The position numbers were made by a program, and so were the translations under genes. A DNA stretch of 64,000 nucleotides from Clostridia bacterium. GTDB taxonomy: Bacteria > Bacillota > Clostridia > TANB77 > CAG-465. Location: positions 32,001 through 96,000 of the forward strand of contig JAZSNU010000011.1 of the NCBI GenBank assembly GCA_045536565.1, in the 5' to 3' direction. Of this stretch, positions 1 through 10,831 are shown piece by piece. The notes beneath the pieces are model-generated. The model made no database searches. It saw nothing but the letters and a program-made list of their open reading frames with translations, and had not been told where the DNA came from. Positions within the stretch are counted from its first letter, which is position 1. Each line of letters begins with the position of its first letter.

Positions 1-1
1 A

Positions 2-688
2 AGGGAAATATCTAAAAAAGAAATGCTTGATATGGAAAAAGAAATGATGGGATTATATATTTCAGGTCATCCACTTGATGAATATATGTCTGAGATAAAG
101 AAGGTATCTACAATTACTACAAAAGAACTGAGTATTGAAGAAGAAAATGTAGAAGGTTATATGGCAGTAGATGCAATGGAAAAATCAGAATTCATTAAAC
201 AATATGATAACTCAGATCAAACTATATGCGCAGTTATATCATCTGCAAAGCAAATATACACTAAAAACAATCAACCTATGGCATTTTTAAGCATTGAGGA
301 TTTATATGGAACAATGGAAGCAGTAATATTTCCAAAAGTATATACGAAATATTCAAGAGATGTTAAAGTAGGTGATGCGGTGGAAATTACAGGTAAGATA
401 TCACTTAAAGAGGGTGAAAAGCCAAAAATACTTGTGAATAATATAAGAAAACTTGCTAATTTTTCAAAACTATATATCAAAATAGAAGGAACCGAAGAAG
501 AAAAAGAAATATTAGATAGAGTTGTTTCAAACATTTATAAAACAGAAGGAAATATTCCGGTATATGTATATTTTGAGGAAAAAGACGAATTAAAACTTCT
601 TTCTAAAAAATGGTGGACTGAAATAGATGATGAACTTTTAATAAGGCTACAAAATGAATTTGGCAAGGAGAATGTTAAGTTGAAATAA
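2..688 (+). CDS. dnaE: DNA polymerase III alpha subunit, C-terminal part (5' end outside the window)
   Basis: EKEMMGLYISGHPL motif and OB-fold segment MAFLSIEDLYG..EAVIFP; frame open from the window edge. Confidence 0.93.
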   Translation, partial: REISKKEMLDMEKEMMGLYISGHPLDEYMSEIKKVSTITTKELSIEEENVEGYMAVDAMEKSEFIKQYDNSDQTICAVISSAKQIYTKNNQPMAFLSIEDLYGTMEAVIFPKVYTKYSRDVKVGDAVEITGKISLKEGEKPKILVNNIRKLANFSKLYIKIEGTEEEKEILDRVVSNIYKTEGNIPVYVYFEEKDELKLLSKKWWTEIDDELLIRLQNEFGKENVKLK

Positions 689-704
689 AGGGAGGGTGAA
701 ATTT

Positions 705-1841
705 ATGAAATTAGAAGAATATAAGTCAGGGAAATATATTAACATGAATGATTATAAAGCATTTATACCAAGTAGAATTAACTACAACTGGGGATGGGAT
801 GATACAAAATTGGATAAACTATTAGCAGAAGCCAATAGGCAAATTGGTGAATTAAATGCGTATTCATTATTAATACCAAATGTAGATTTATATATTAAGA
901 TGCATGTAAAAATTGAAGCGAATAAATCAAGTAGAATCGAAGGAACTAGAACTACTGTTGAAGAAGATTTATTAGATATTACAGATATTAATCCGGAAAA
1001 AAGAAACGATTGGGAAGAAGTACAAAATTATGTGAAAGCGACAAATTACGGTGTCCAAAGAATATCAGAAGGTTTTCCGGTATGTACTAGATTAATTAAA
1101 GAAATTCACGAAATATTAATGGATGGTGTTCGTGGTGAATATAAGACACCAGGAGAATTTAGAAAATCGCAGAATTGGATAGGTGGAAGTATGCCATCAA
1201 AAGCAATATATGTTCCACCACCACATACAGAAGTTGCAGATTGTTTATCTGATTTTGAAAAATTTATAAATAATGAAGAAATAGATACACCAGATTTAAT
1301 TAAAATTGCAATATTACATTATCAATTTGAATCTATTCATCCATTTTTAGATGGTAATGGAAGAATAGGAAGATTACTTATTCCATTGTATATTCAAAGT
1401 AAAGGTATGCTAGAAAAATCTTGTTTATATATTTCTGATTATATTGAAAGGAATAAGGATATATATTATGATATGCTTACAAGAGTAAGAACTCATAATG
1501 ATTTGATAGGTTGGATAAAATTTTTCTTAGAAGCAGTTATTGAAACATCAAAAACAGCAAAAGAAAAATTCAGAAAAGTTGTTGAATTAACAATGGAAAT
1601 GGATAAATTAATAATGGACTTGCCAGTAAAACCAGAAAATGCAAAAAAAGTAATAGATTTACTATATGATGAACCAGTGCTTACTAGAAATAAAATGTCT
1701 GAAATAACACAAATAAAGTTAACAACAATAAATGGTATAGTAAATGCGTTGTTGGATAAAAATATTATAAGGGAAACAACAGGGTATAGTAGAAATCAAA
1801 TTTTTGCTTTTGAAAAATATATTGATTTATTTTTAAAATAA
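705..1841 (+). CDS. Fic family protein (class II, N-terminal inhibitory helix, C-terminal HTH)
   Basis: Canonical Fic motif HPFLDGNGRIGR; SSRIEG inhibitory motif; GGAGG at 691-695 favours ATG 705 over GTG 696. Confidence 0.93.
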   Translation: MKLEEYKSGKYINMNDYKAFIPSRINYNWGWDDTKLDKLLAEANRQIGELNAYSLLIPNVDLYIKMHVKIEANKSSRIEGTRTTVEEDLLDITDINPEKRNDWEEVQNYVKATNYGVQRISEGFPVCTRLIKEIHEILMDGVRGEYKTPGEFRKSQNWIGGSMPSKAIYVPPPHTEVADCLSDFEKFINNEEIDTPDLIKIAILHYQFESIHPFLDGNGRIGRLLIPLYIQSKGMLEKSCLYISDYIERNKDIYYDMLTRVRTHNDLIGWIKFFLEAVIETSKTAKEKFRKVVELTMEMDKLIMDLPVKPENAKKVIDLLYDEPVLTRNKMSEITQIKLTTINGIVNALLDKNIIRETTGYSRNQIFAFEKYIDLFLK

Positions 1842-1845
1842 TATT

Positions 1846-2015
1846 TATATCACATAAGAAAGTTAAAAAATCGTGATATAAAAATCTATATCACGAAAAA
1901 AACTAAAAAATCGTGATATAAAAATCTATATCACGAAAAAAACTAAAAAATCGTGATATAAGAATTGATAGATCAAAAAACGAAAAAAATTGACTTATAA
2001 AAATATGTAGGTCAA
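1846..2015. repeat. Tandem array of about 40-bp period made of alternating inverted 10-mers (TCGTGATATA / TATATCACGA)
   Basis: TCGTGATATA at 1871, 1911, 1951; TATATCACGA at 1887, 1927 (variant at 1846); same geometry with other arms at 1967, 1990, 2006. Confidence 0.9.
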
Positions 2016-2168
2016 AAAAATATGTATTGTATAATTAAGTATCTCAAATCAAGTAATTTGTTAGATGTCTGACTAACCTTCATAAAGAGTACTTATGTTT
2101 CAATAAGTATAGTTGCAATAAATATAAAAAAATGGTATTATATCAAAATAAAAGAGGTGTTTTAACAA

Positions 2169-2549
2169 ATGAAAAAAGGTAAGATTATTGGGTTAATATT
2201 ATTTATAACTATTATATTAATTGCTGTATTAATAGCATTAATATTAATAGATAAAGGAGATATAAAAGGAAATAGTAATGAGTTAAATAAACTATATGAG
2301 CTATATCCAACTGATGTAGATGGTGCTGTTAATGATTATATGAGCGGTCAAGAATATAAAAGTATGAATAAAAATAATCAAGTAAAAAATGTAGGGAACT
2401 TATTAGAAATTTATGAAATCAATAATATTATAAAAAACTTGTATTACGACGAAGAGTCGCAAATGTACACTTTTACATATAACTATGGAAATATAAAAGG
2501 TGCACTAGGAGGGGTAATGCTAAAAGACTGGGATCCTATGTTTAATTAA
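2169..2549 (+). CDS. Hypothetical membrane-anchored protein
   Basis: GAGGTG RBS; basic N-terminus followed by one long hydrophobic helix. Confidence 0.75.
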   Translation: MKKGKIIGLILFITIILIAVLIALILIDKGDIKGNSNELNKLYELYPTDVDGAVNDYMSGQEYKSMNKNNQVKNVGNLLEIYEINNIIKNLYYDEESQMYTFTYNYGNIKGALGGVMLKDWDPMFN

Positions 2550-2601
2550 ATATAAAGGCAAGTATAGTAAGTAAAAATAACAAATTGAGGAGAGTAAATA
2601 T

Positions 2602-4077
2602 ATGGTGACATTAGATAAAGTATTTGATATATTAGAAAAAGCAGGACAAGTAGAAAGATATTCTAAGAATTTAAAATTTGAAAATATGGAATTAAATCAT
2701 TTGTCATATAATTCAAAAGAAATAAAAGAAAAAACACTTTTTATTTGTAAAGGTAGTTTGTTTAAAACTGAGTATTTAGAAGATGCAATAAACAGAGGAG
2801 TTACAGCATATATATCTGAAACATATTATGAAAATATATCAGAAAATATAGCTTATATAATTGTAAAAGATATTCGTGAAGTTATGCATTTGGTATCAAA
2901 TTTTTTCTATGACTATGCATGGAAAAAAATTAAAACAGTAGGATTAACAGGTACAAAAGGAAAAACTACAACTACATATTATTTGAAAAATATATTAAAT
3001 AAACATTTAGAAAAAAGATGTGGGGTTATTTCCACGATAGATACATATACAGGTATAACAGAAGAAGAATCTCATTTGACAACACCGGAAGCACCAGACT
3101 TACATAGGTTTTTTTATGAAACAAAAAAGAGTGAAATACCTGTACTTGTTATGGAAGTAGCATCACAAGGATACAAAGCAAAGAGGGTTAATGGTATAAC
3201 CTTTGATATAGGTGTGTTTTTAAACATATCAGAAGACCATATAAGTGAGGCAGAACATCCTAATTTTGAAGATTATTTAAATTGCAAATTAGAACTTATG
3301 AAAAATGTAAAAACAGCAATTATAAATAGAAATACTGATTTTTATGATGCAGTAATAGATAGTGCTAAAAATGCCAAGGTTATAACATACGGAACTGATG
3401 ATAGAGCAGATTACTATATTTCAAACATTCGTAAAGATGGTGGTCATACAGCATTTGATGTTATAGGAAAAAAATATAAAAATACATTTAAAACTAGTAT
3501 GCTAGGTAGATTTAATGTTGAAAATGCACTTGCTGCTATTGTTGTTGCAAAAGAGCTTGGAGTAAGTGAAGAAGATATAGCGTATGGTATAGAAAATACA
3601 CAAGTTCAAGGAAGAATGAATGTATTTGAAAAAGATGGAATAACAGTAGTAGTAGATTTTGCACATAACAAACTTAGTTTTACAAAATTATATGAATCAT
3701 TAAAATTAGATTACCCAAATAGAAAAATAATATCACTAGGTGGTGGAGTTGGAGGTAAGGCATATGTAAGAAGAAAAGACTTTGGTGAAATTGTTGGAAA
3801 ATATTCTGATTACATTTATCTTACAGCAGACGATCCACAATTTGAGAATGTAACAGATATATGCAAGGATATTGCTACATATATAGAAGATGGTAAATAT
3901 GAAATAATAGAGGACAGAAAAGAAGCAGTACTTAAAGCGTTAAAAACAGCAAAATCAGGAGATATTGTTGTACTTCTTGCAAAAGGCGAAGAAACACATC
4001 AGAGAGTTAGAGGTAAGCTGATTTATTACGAATCAGATATTAAATTGACACAGGATTGGATAGCAGGGAAAATATAA
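2602..4077 (+). CDS. murE: UDP-N-acetylmuramoyl-tripeptide synthetase (MurE family)
   Basis: GLTGTKGKTTT P-loop, LTTPE, MEVASQG, EDH, GRFNVEN, DFAHN, DDPQ motifs. Confidence 0.9.
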   Translation: MVTLDKVFDILEKAGQVERYSKNLKFENMELNHLSYNSKEIKEKTLFICKGSLFKTEYLEDAINRGVTAYISETYYENISENIAYIIVKDIREVMHLVSNFFYDYAWKKIKTVGLTGTKGKTTTTYYLKNILNKHLEKRCGVISTIDTYTGITEEESHLTTPEAPDLHRFFYETKKSEIPVLVMEVASQGYKAKRVNGITFDIGVFLNISEDHISEAEHPNFEDYLNCKLELMKNVKTAIINRNTDFYDAVIDSAKNAKVITYGTDDRADYYISNIRKDGGHTAFDVIGKKYKNTFKTSMLGRFNVENALAAIVVAKELGVSEEDIAYGIENTQVQGRMNVFEKDGITVVVDFAHNKLSFTKLYESLKLDYPNRKIISLGGGVGGKAYVRRKDFGEIVGKYSDYIYLTADDPQFENVTDICKDIATYIEDGKYEIIEDRKEAVLKALKTAKSGDIVVLLAKGEETHQRVRGKLIYYESDIKLTQDWIAGKI

Positions 4078-4084
4078 AAAAGTG

Positions 4085-4113
4085 TTGAAAAAAGAAAAAA
4101 TATATTATACAAT
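4085..4113 (+). promoter_or_regulatory. Sigma-A-type promoter of the pilin leader region
   Basis: TTGAAA (4085-4090), 17 bp, TACAAT (4108-4113). Confidence 0.65.
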
Positions 4114-4153
4114 AAACATGTAAAATGAGGAAAACAATGAGGTGAATTAAGAT

Positions 4154-4201
4154 ATGTCAACTAAAATGGGTACAAATAACAATATACTAACACACAAGTA
4201 G
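4154..4201 (+). CDS. Putative 15-aa leader peptide MSTKMGTNNNILTHK containing an ACACACA tract
   Basis: GAGGTGA RBS about 8 nt before the ATG; lies between a promoter and a terminator. Confidence 0.5.
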   Translation: MSTKMGTNNNILTHK

Positions 4202-4259
4202 AATCTAGAAATAGTATAGGTTTTGTTGGCATACCACAAAATAATATAGAACAAATCAT

Positions 4260-4300
4260 AAAAGTTAGTTTATATCAAAAGGTATAGACTGACTTTTTTG
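4260..4300 (+). terminator. Intrinsic terminator or attenuator upstream of the LRR pilin
   Basis: AAAAGTTAGTTTATATC-AAAA-GGTATAGACTGACTTTT stem (with G-U pairs) and a T run. Confidence 0.7.
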
Positions 4301-4486
4301 CGTTTTAAATAAGGTATAAACACTTAGATAAAAGTGGTTATATATACAAATAATATAAATATAATAGGACATAATAATATAAAGAAAAATAAAAATACAA
4401 AATTCGCCTAAAAACAGTTGCAAAAAGTTATATTATATGAAATAATATATTTGGATTAAATTCATAGAAGAAGGAGAGGAAAGATT

Positions 4487-5620
4487 ATGAAAAAAACAAA
4501 CAAAAGAGGAATATCATTAATAGTATTAGTAATAACAATAATAGTAATGATAATCCTAGCATCAGCAATTATTCTATCATTATCAAATAGTGGAATAATA
4601 GGTAGGGCAAATGAAGCATCGTTTAAGACAGATGTAAAATCAATACAAGAAGAGCTAACCATCGAATTAGCGGATGCGATACTAGAAGATAGAGCAGATG
4701 CATTAGAAGGGGTAGCAGCAGAAACAGTATTAGATAGTGCACAAAAATATCCTGAAAAATTTGTAATATCAAATCAAAAACTAATGTATATTGGAGAAAA
4801 AGTAACTGCTGATGAAAGAGCATATCTTGATCAAATAGGCATAGAAGAGCTTTGGGATAATAGCCAAGCATATCTATTTGAAATAGATGAAAATGGTGTG
4901 TTAACAGGTGTTAAAGGGGAGTATTTGATTGATGGTTCAAGTGCATGCGTATATGTAGATGGGGCAGAAGTAACAGAATTGGTATTACCGAAAGGAATAA
5001 CAGCTATTGGAAGTGAAGCGTTTATTCGTTGTAGTATAACAAGCATAACAATCCCAAATGGAGTAACAAGTATAGGTGATCTAGCATTTTATAATTGTGT
5101 TGCCTTAACAACTATAACACTCCCAGATAGTGTAACAAGTATAGGTGATAATGCGTTTGGTAATTGTAGTCGCTTAACAACTATAACACTCCCAGATAGT
5201 GTAACAAGTATAGGTAGTAGTGCGTTTTATCAGTCTGGTCTAGCAAGTATAACAATCCCAGATAGTGTAACAAGTATAGGTGATAGTACATTTTACGGTT
5301 GTATGCTAACAAGTATAGAAATTCCAAATGGCGTAACAAGTATAGGTATGGAAGCGTTTAGTAGGTGTGAATATTTAACAACTATAACACTCCCAGATAG
5401 CGTAACAAGTATTGGTGAGAGGGCATTTGTTGGATGTGGTTTAACAAGCATAACAATACCAACTGGTATAACAGCTATACCATGTGCCGCATTTGGTGGT
5501 GTTCCTTTAACGGATGTATATTATAAAGGTACACAAGCACAGTGGGAAGCAATAACGATTGATAATACTTATGAAGGTAATGCGTGTTTTTCAACTGCAA
5601 TAATCCATTATAATTCATAA
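4487..5620 (+). CDS. Type IV pilin-like protein with C-terminal BspA/TpLRR leucine-rich repeats (adhesin pilin)
   Basis: Class III signal KRG|ISLIVLVITIIVMIILA; repeated LTTITLPDSVTSIGxxAF units. Confidence 0.88.
   Translation: MKKTNKRGISLIVLVITIIVMIILASAIILSLSNSGIIGRANEASFKTDVKSIQEELTIELADAILEDRADALEGVAAETVLDSAQKYPEKFVISNQKLMYIGEKVTADERAYLDQIGIEELWDNSQAYLFEIDENGVLTGVKGEYLIDGSSACVYVDGAEVTELVLPKGITAIGSEAFIRCSITSITIPNGVTSIGDLAFYNCVALTTITLPDSVTSIGDNAFGNCSRLTTITLPDSVTSIGSSAFYQSGLASITIPDSVTSIGDSTFYGCMLTSIEIPNGVTSIGMEAFSRCEYLTTITLPDSVTSIGERAFVGCGLTSITIPTGITAIPCAAFGGVPLTDVYYKGTQAQWEAITIDNTYEGNACFSTAIIHYNS
5105..5416 (+). repeat. Near-identical DNA repeats encoding LRR units
   Basis: 42-bp TTAACAACTATAACACTCCCAGATAGTGTAACAAGTATAGGT identical at 5105 and 5174, near copy at 5375. 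Confidence 0.8.
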
Positions 5621-5702
5621 AATTGCTCATAAAAGAACAAAAAATATCTAATTTACTCTAATAATAGTATTTGAGTAGATGGACAAATTATATATTTGAT
5701 AT

Positions 5703-5735
5703 AAATAGCCTAGGCGATAAGCCAAGGCTATTTTT
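5703..5735 (+). terminator. Intrinsic terminator after the LRR pilin
   Basis: AAATAGCCTAGGC-GATAA-GCCAAGGCTATTT followed by a T run. Confidence 0.65.
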
Positions 5736-5758
5736 ATATTTGAAGGAGGGATAAAATA

Positions 5759-7649
<1,891 letters not shown>

Positions 7650-7654
7650 AAAAT

Positions 7655-7700
7655 AAATGATGAAGTAATATAATAAATTACTTTATCATTTTTGTTTTTT
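7655..7700 (+). terminator. Terminator after groEL
   Basis: AAATGATGAAGTAAT...ATTACTTTATCATTT followed by T runs. Confidence 0.6.
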
Positions 7701-7828
7701 TAAAATAAATTAATATAAATTGTCCAAAAAATAACAAAACTTTTTTGTAATAAAAAACATGTTTTTACTCAAAATATTACAAAAAAGTTACAAAAAAATG
7801 TTTTTTGTGTGGCATGCGTGAAAGCGAG

Positions 7829-7857
7829 TTGATTTTAAAATATACATATGATACACT
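7829..7857 (+). promoter_or_regulatory. Sigma-A promoter (extended -10) of the pilus operon
   Basis: TTGATT, 17 bp, TACACT with TG at 7849-7850. Confidence 0.55.
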
Positions 7858-7930
7858 ATGTTTAGCTAAAAAATATGGCGAATTTTTGGAACTGTTATGA
7901 CAGTTGCTTGTTTATCAAATAACTGTTTGA

Positions 7931-7946
7931 TATATATATATATATA
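7931..7946. repeat. (TA)8 microsatellite upstream of the pilus operon
   Basis: Read directly; lies between TTGATA and TATAAT. Confidence 0.8.
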
Positions 7947-7980
7947 ATTGGGAAAATTCATGGAAATAGAGGAGATATAG

Positions 7981-9573
7981 ATGGAAAGGTGCTTGGGAAT
8001 TTACATTGGTGATAAGATTGTAAAATATGCCAAATTACATATGGATAAAACAAAAAATGTTCAAGTTGAAGTTTCAAATGTAAAGTATGTTCTTGGTGGC
8101 ATAAAAGAAGTTATTGATGAAATCATCGTAGAAACAAATAGTCAAAATACGCCTATATCTATAAACATATTAAATGAACATCATGAAAATTTAGAAATAT
8201 TAAAACAAATATCTAAAAATGATATATCAAGCATGGTTGATTTAGAAGTTGAAGATATTGCCAATAGAAACGGTCTTAATGGGAAGTTACTAGTATATAA
8301 GTATGATGTACAAGATTCTTTGAATAACAAAGATAATAATAGAATTAGCATTTTATATGCAGATAGAACAGAGATAGAACAATTTTCTAAGATAGAAGGT
8401 ATAGATGTTAAAGGGGCATTCCCGTTATCCGCTGTAATGAATGGTTTAGTATCTAAGGAAGAAAAAAACTATGCAGTTATTAATATAGAGGAAAGAATAA
8501 CAATTAGTATTGTTTTAAATGGTACTGTTGTAGATACAATAGCACTTGATTCTGGAATGAAAGAAGTAATAGAAAGTTTGGCGGGACAACTTGGTTCGTA
8601 TGCAAAAGCGTATGATATGTGTAAAACTATAAATGTTTATACAGAAGACGAGAATCCAAACAATCCAGAAATAGAAAAAATTATAGAACCAATTCTTCAA
8701 GAAATATTAAGAAAAATAGAAGAAAGTATGAAACCATACAGAGGTAAATTTAATAAGTTGTTTTTATCTGGTATGGGTGTACTATTTACTAATATCGATA
8801 TATTATTTGAACAGTATTATGGAATGCAAGCAGAAATATTAAAACCTGCTTTTGCAAAAGGCGAAGTGGGAATAAGAAATATGGCTGAATTAATTGAGGC
8901 TAACTCTGCTATTGCACTTGCTAATGCACTTCTTACAGGTTCTATGGAAAACTTTAATTTTATTAATATTATTAATAAAAAACAACCTAAATCACTTGGA
9001 GCAAAAACAGGCAAATTAGGTGTTAAGTTGCCAGAAAAAATAAAATTCCATGGTGATTCGGCAGATGTAATCCAAAAACTTGTATTTGCAAATCTAGTAG
9101 CAGGAACTATTCTTATTGGTTATGCAATATTTGGAGGAATATATTCAGCACAAACTAAAAAAGTTGAAAACAATATAAGGGCTTCAATATCTGATATAGA
9201 AGAACAATCTAGTCTTGTTAATGGTGATGTTGAATTCATTAATACTAATAAAGATAAATACAAAGATGTAAATGATATGGTATCTGATACAATTAATAAG
9301 ATTGAAAAAAATCAGATAGGAACACTTAGAACATATAATGTTGCTAATTTCATGCAAAAAATAATGAAATTTATTCCTAAGGATGTACAACTTGTGTCAA
9401 TAGAATCAAATGATAATAAGCATGTAACAGTTACGGCAAAATCAAGTTCTTATGCAGCACTTGGATATCTTGTATCACAATTAAAATTAGAGGGAATAAT
9501 AAATAATGTTAAAATAAATAGTGTATCTCATGGTACAGAAATTAGTGTAAGTATAGGCGGTGATTTACCATAA
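7981..9573 (+). CDS. Type IV pilus assembly PilM-PilN fusion
   Basis: Actin-like N-terminus (LGIYIG, LFLSGMG), one TM helix, coiled coil and PilN-like C-terminal domain; operon context. Confidence 0.7.
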   Translation: MERCLGIYIGDKIVKYAKLHMDKTKNVQVEVSNVKYVLGGIKEVIDEIIVETNSQNTPISINILNEHHENLEILKQISKNDISSMVDLEVEDIANRNGLNGKLLVYKYDVQDSLNNKDNNRISILYADRTEIEQFSKIEGIDVKGAFPLSAVMNGLVSKEEKNYAVINIEERITISIVLNGTVVDTIALDSGMKEVIESLAGQLGSYAKAYDMCKTINVYTEDENPNNPEIEKIIEPILQEILRKIEESMKPYRGKFNKLFLSGMGVLFTNIDILFEQYYGMQAEILKPAFAKGEVGIRNMAELIEANSAIALANALLTGSMENFNFINIINKKQPKSLGAKTGKLGVKLPEKIKFHGDSADVIQKLVFANLVAGTILIGYAIFGGIYSAQTKKVENNIRASISDIEEQSSLVNGDVEFINTNKDKYKDVNDMVSDTINKIEKNQIGTLRTYNVANFMQKIMKFIPKDVQLVSIESNDNKHVTVTAKSSSYAALGYLVSQLKLEGIINNVKINSVSHGTEISVSIGGDLP

Positions 9574-10370
9574 TGGATAAAAACATTTTTAAAATAGTGG
9601 GATTATTACTAGGACTTGTTTTAATCGTTGCCGCATTACTTTTTATTGCTATAAAAGGTATTGAATTTGGAAAAATTAATCTTGTGTCAATAGCAGGTAT
9701 CGGAGAGAAAAAACAAGCAGTTGACAAGGCAGAAGAAGAATTGGCACTTGCGGAACTTCAATATAGCACTAATGTAAAAAGTCTTGAAACAGCGAAGAAA
9801 AATTATGAAGATGAAAAAGAAAAGTATGAACTTATTAGTGATGAAACAATATCCGCTATAAAAGAGGCTACTAAGGAAGAAGAATATTTTATTGAATATT
9901 TATGGATAACATTAGGTAATTATGCAACAAAGCATAATTTATCATTAGCAGTTATTGAACCGGGCGGAAAAGTAAATCAAAGTACAACAACCACTACAAC
10001 AAACAATGAAACTACTGTGTCAACAGGTACAGGGGTAACAGGAAATTCAAGTGGAGTAACATCTACTGAAAATGCAGCAACTACTGGTTCACCAACATCT
10101 GGTACTAAGCAGAATGCAACAGATACAGACGATAAAACAAATAAACAAGAAGAATCAATTACTAGTGGCCTTACAGCAAGTTCTACTGCATTAACTGTTC
10201 AAGTAAAAGGTAGTTATATAGATTTAGCAGATTTTGTATTTGAAGTAGAAAACGATAAGTCTTTAAGATTTAGATTAGATAATATAAAAATGAAATCAGC
10301 AGGTGGCACACAAGTTATAACATCATTTAATGTAAAAGATTTTACAGTATTAAAATCATTAGAAAAATAA
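9573..10370 (+). CDS. PilO-like pilus assembly protein with a Thr/Ser-rich insert
   Basis: N-terminal TM, coiled coil, VQVKGSYIDLADFVFEVEN PilO-like motif. Confidence 0.65.
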   Translation: MDKNIFKIVGLLLGLVLIVAALLFIAIKGIEFGKINLVSIAGIGEKKQAVDKAEEELALAELQYSTNVKSLETAKKNYEDEKEKYELISDETISAIKEATKEEEYFIEYLWITLGNYATKHNLSLAVIEPGGKVNQSTTTTTTNNETTVSTGTGVTGNSSGVTSTENAATTGSPTSGTKQNATDTDDKTNKQEESITSGLTASSTALTVQVKGSYIDLADFVFEVENDKSLRFRLDNIKMKSAGGTQVITSFNVKDFTVLKSLEK

Positions 10371-10393
10371 ATTATGAAGAAGGAGAAGAGTAT

Positions 10394-10756
10394 ATGAGTA
10401 GAAATTCATGGATAACATTTGGAGCGGTTGCAATCGTTATAATTTCTATGGTGTTAGTAGCGCTTTTGATATTAGTTCCACAGAGCAGACCAGTATCAGA
10501 TGGCGTTATTAATGAATATGAAAAAATATCAGATTCTGAGTATTCGTATACTCAATCTAAGGATATATCAGAAGAAAACATGAAAGAAACATATAGTGTA
10601 ACTTCTGAGGATATTAATGTGGGTAAATCTTCTAAGTTATATAAACAAGGAAACACAGACCCATTTGCAGATGTAAAAGGAGAAGCATCAAACAACAATT
10701 CAAGCGCAAATAAAAACAATAATGCAATAACACCTTATTCTGCGGAGGATAAATAA
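10394..10756 (+). CDS. Membrane-anchored pilus accessory protein (DPF motif reminiscent of PilP)
   Basis: N-terminal TM; TDPF motif; position after the pilO-like gene. Confidence 0.5.
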   Translation: MSRNSWITFGAVAIVIISMVLVALLILVPQSRPVSDGVINEYEKISDSEYSYTQSKDISEENMKETYSVTSEDINVGKSSKLYKQGNTDPFADVKGEASNNNSSANKNNNAITPYSAEDK

Positions 10757-10831
10757 CATTGGTTTAAGCACTGCCTCTTACCTTGGCGTGTTTGAATATA
10801 TATATTTTAAATGTATAGGAGGAATTATATT

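Noticed and set aside
1846-2015. Possible CRISPR array
   Set aside because: The intervening sequences are identical and short rather than unique spacers, and no cas genes are nearby.
4114-4486. c-di-GMP riboswitch before the pilin, as in C. difficile
   Set aside because: No class I or class II aptamer consensus is visible here or upstream of the pilus operon.
5648-5682. ACTC...GAGT inverted repeat as a CIRCE element
   Set aside because: The spacer is about 14 nt rather than 9, and the arms do not match TTAGCACTC.
7960-7980. Six-codon uORF (MEIEEI) abutting the pilMN start
   Set aside because: It has no convincing RBS and is largely the Shine-Dalgarno sequence of pilMN; probably chance.
7981-9573. 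PilM-PilN fusion as a novelty
   Set aside because: PilMN fusions are already known in clostridia such as C. difficile.
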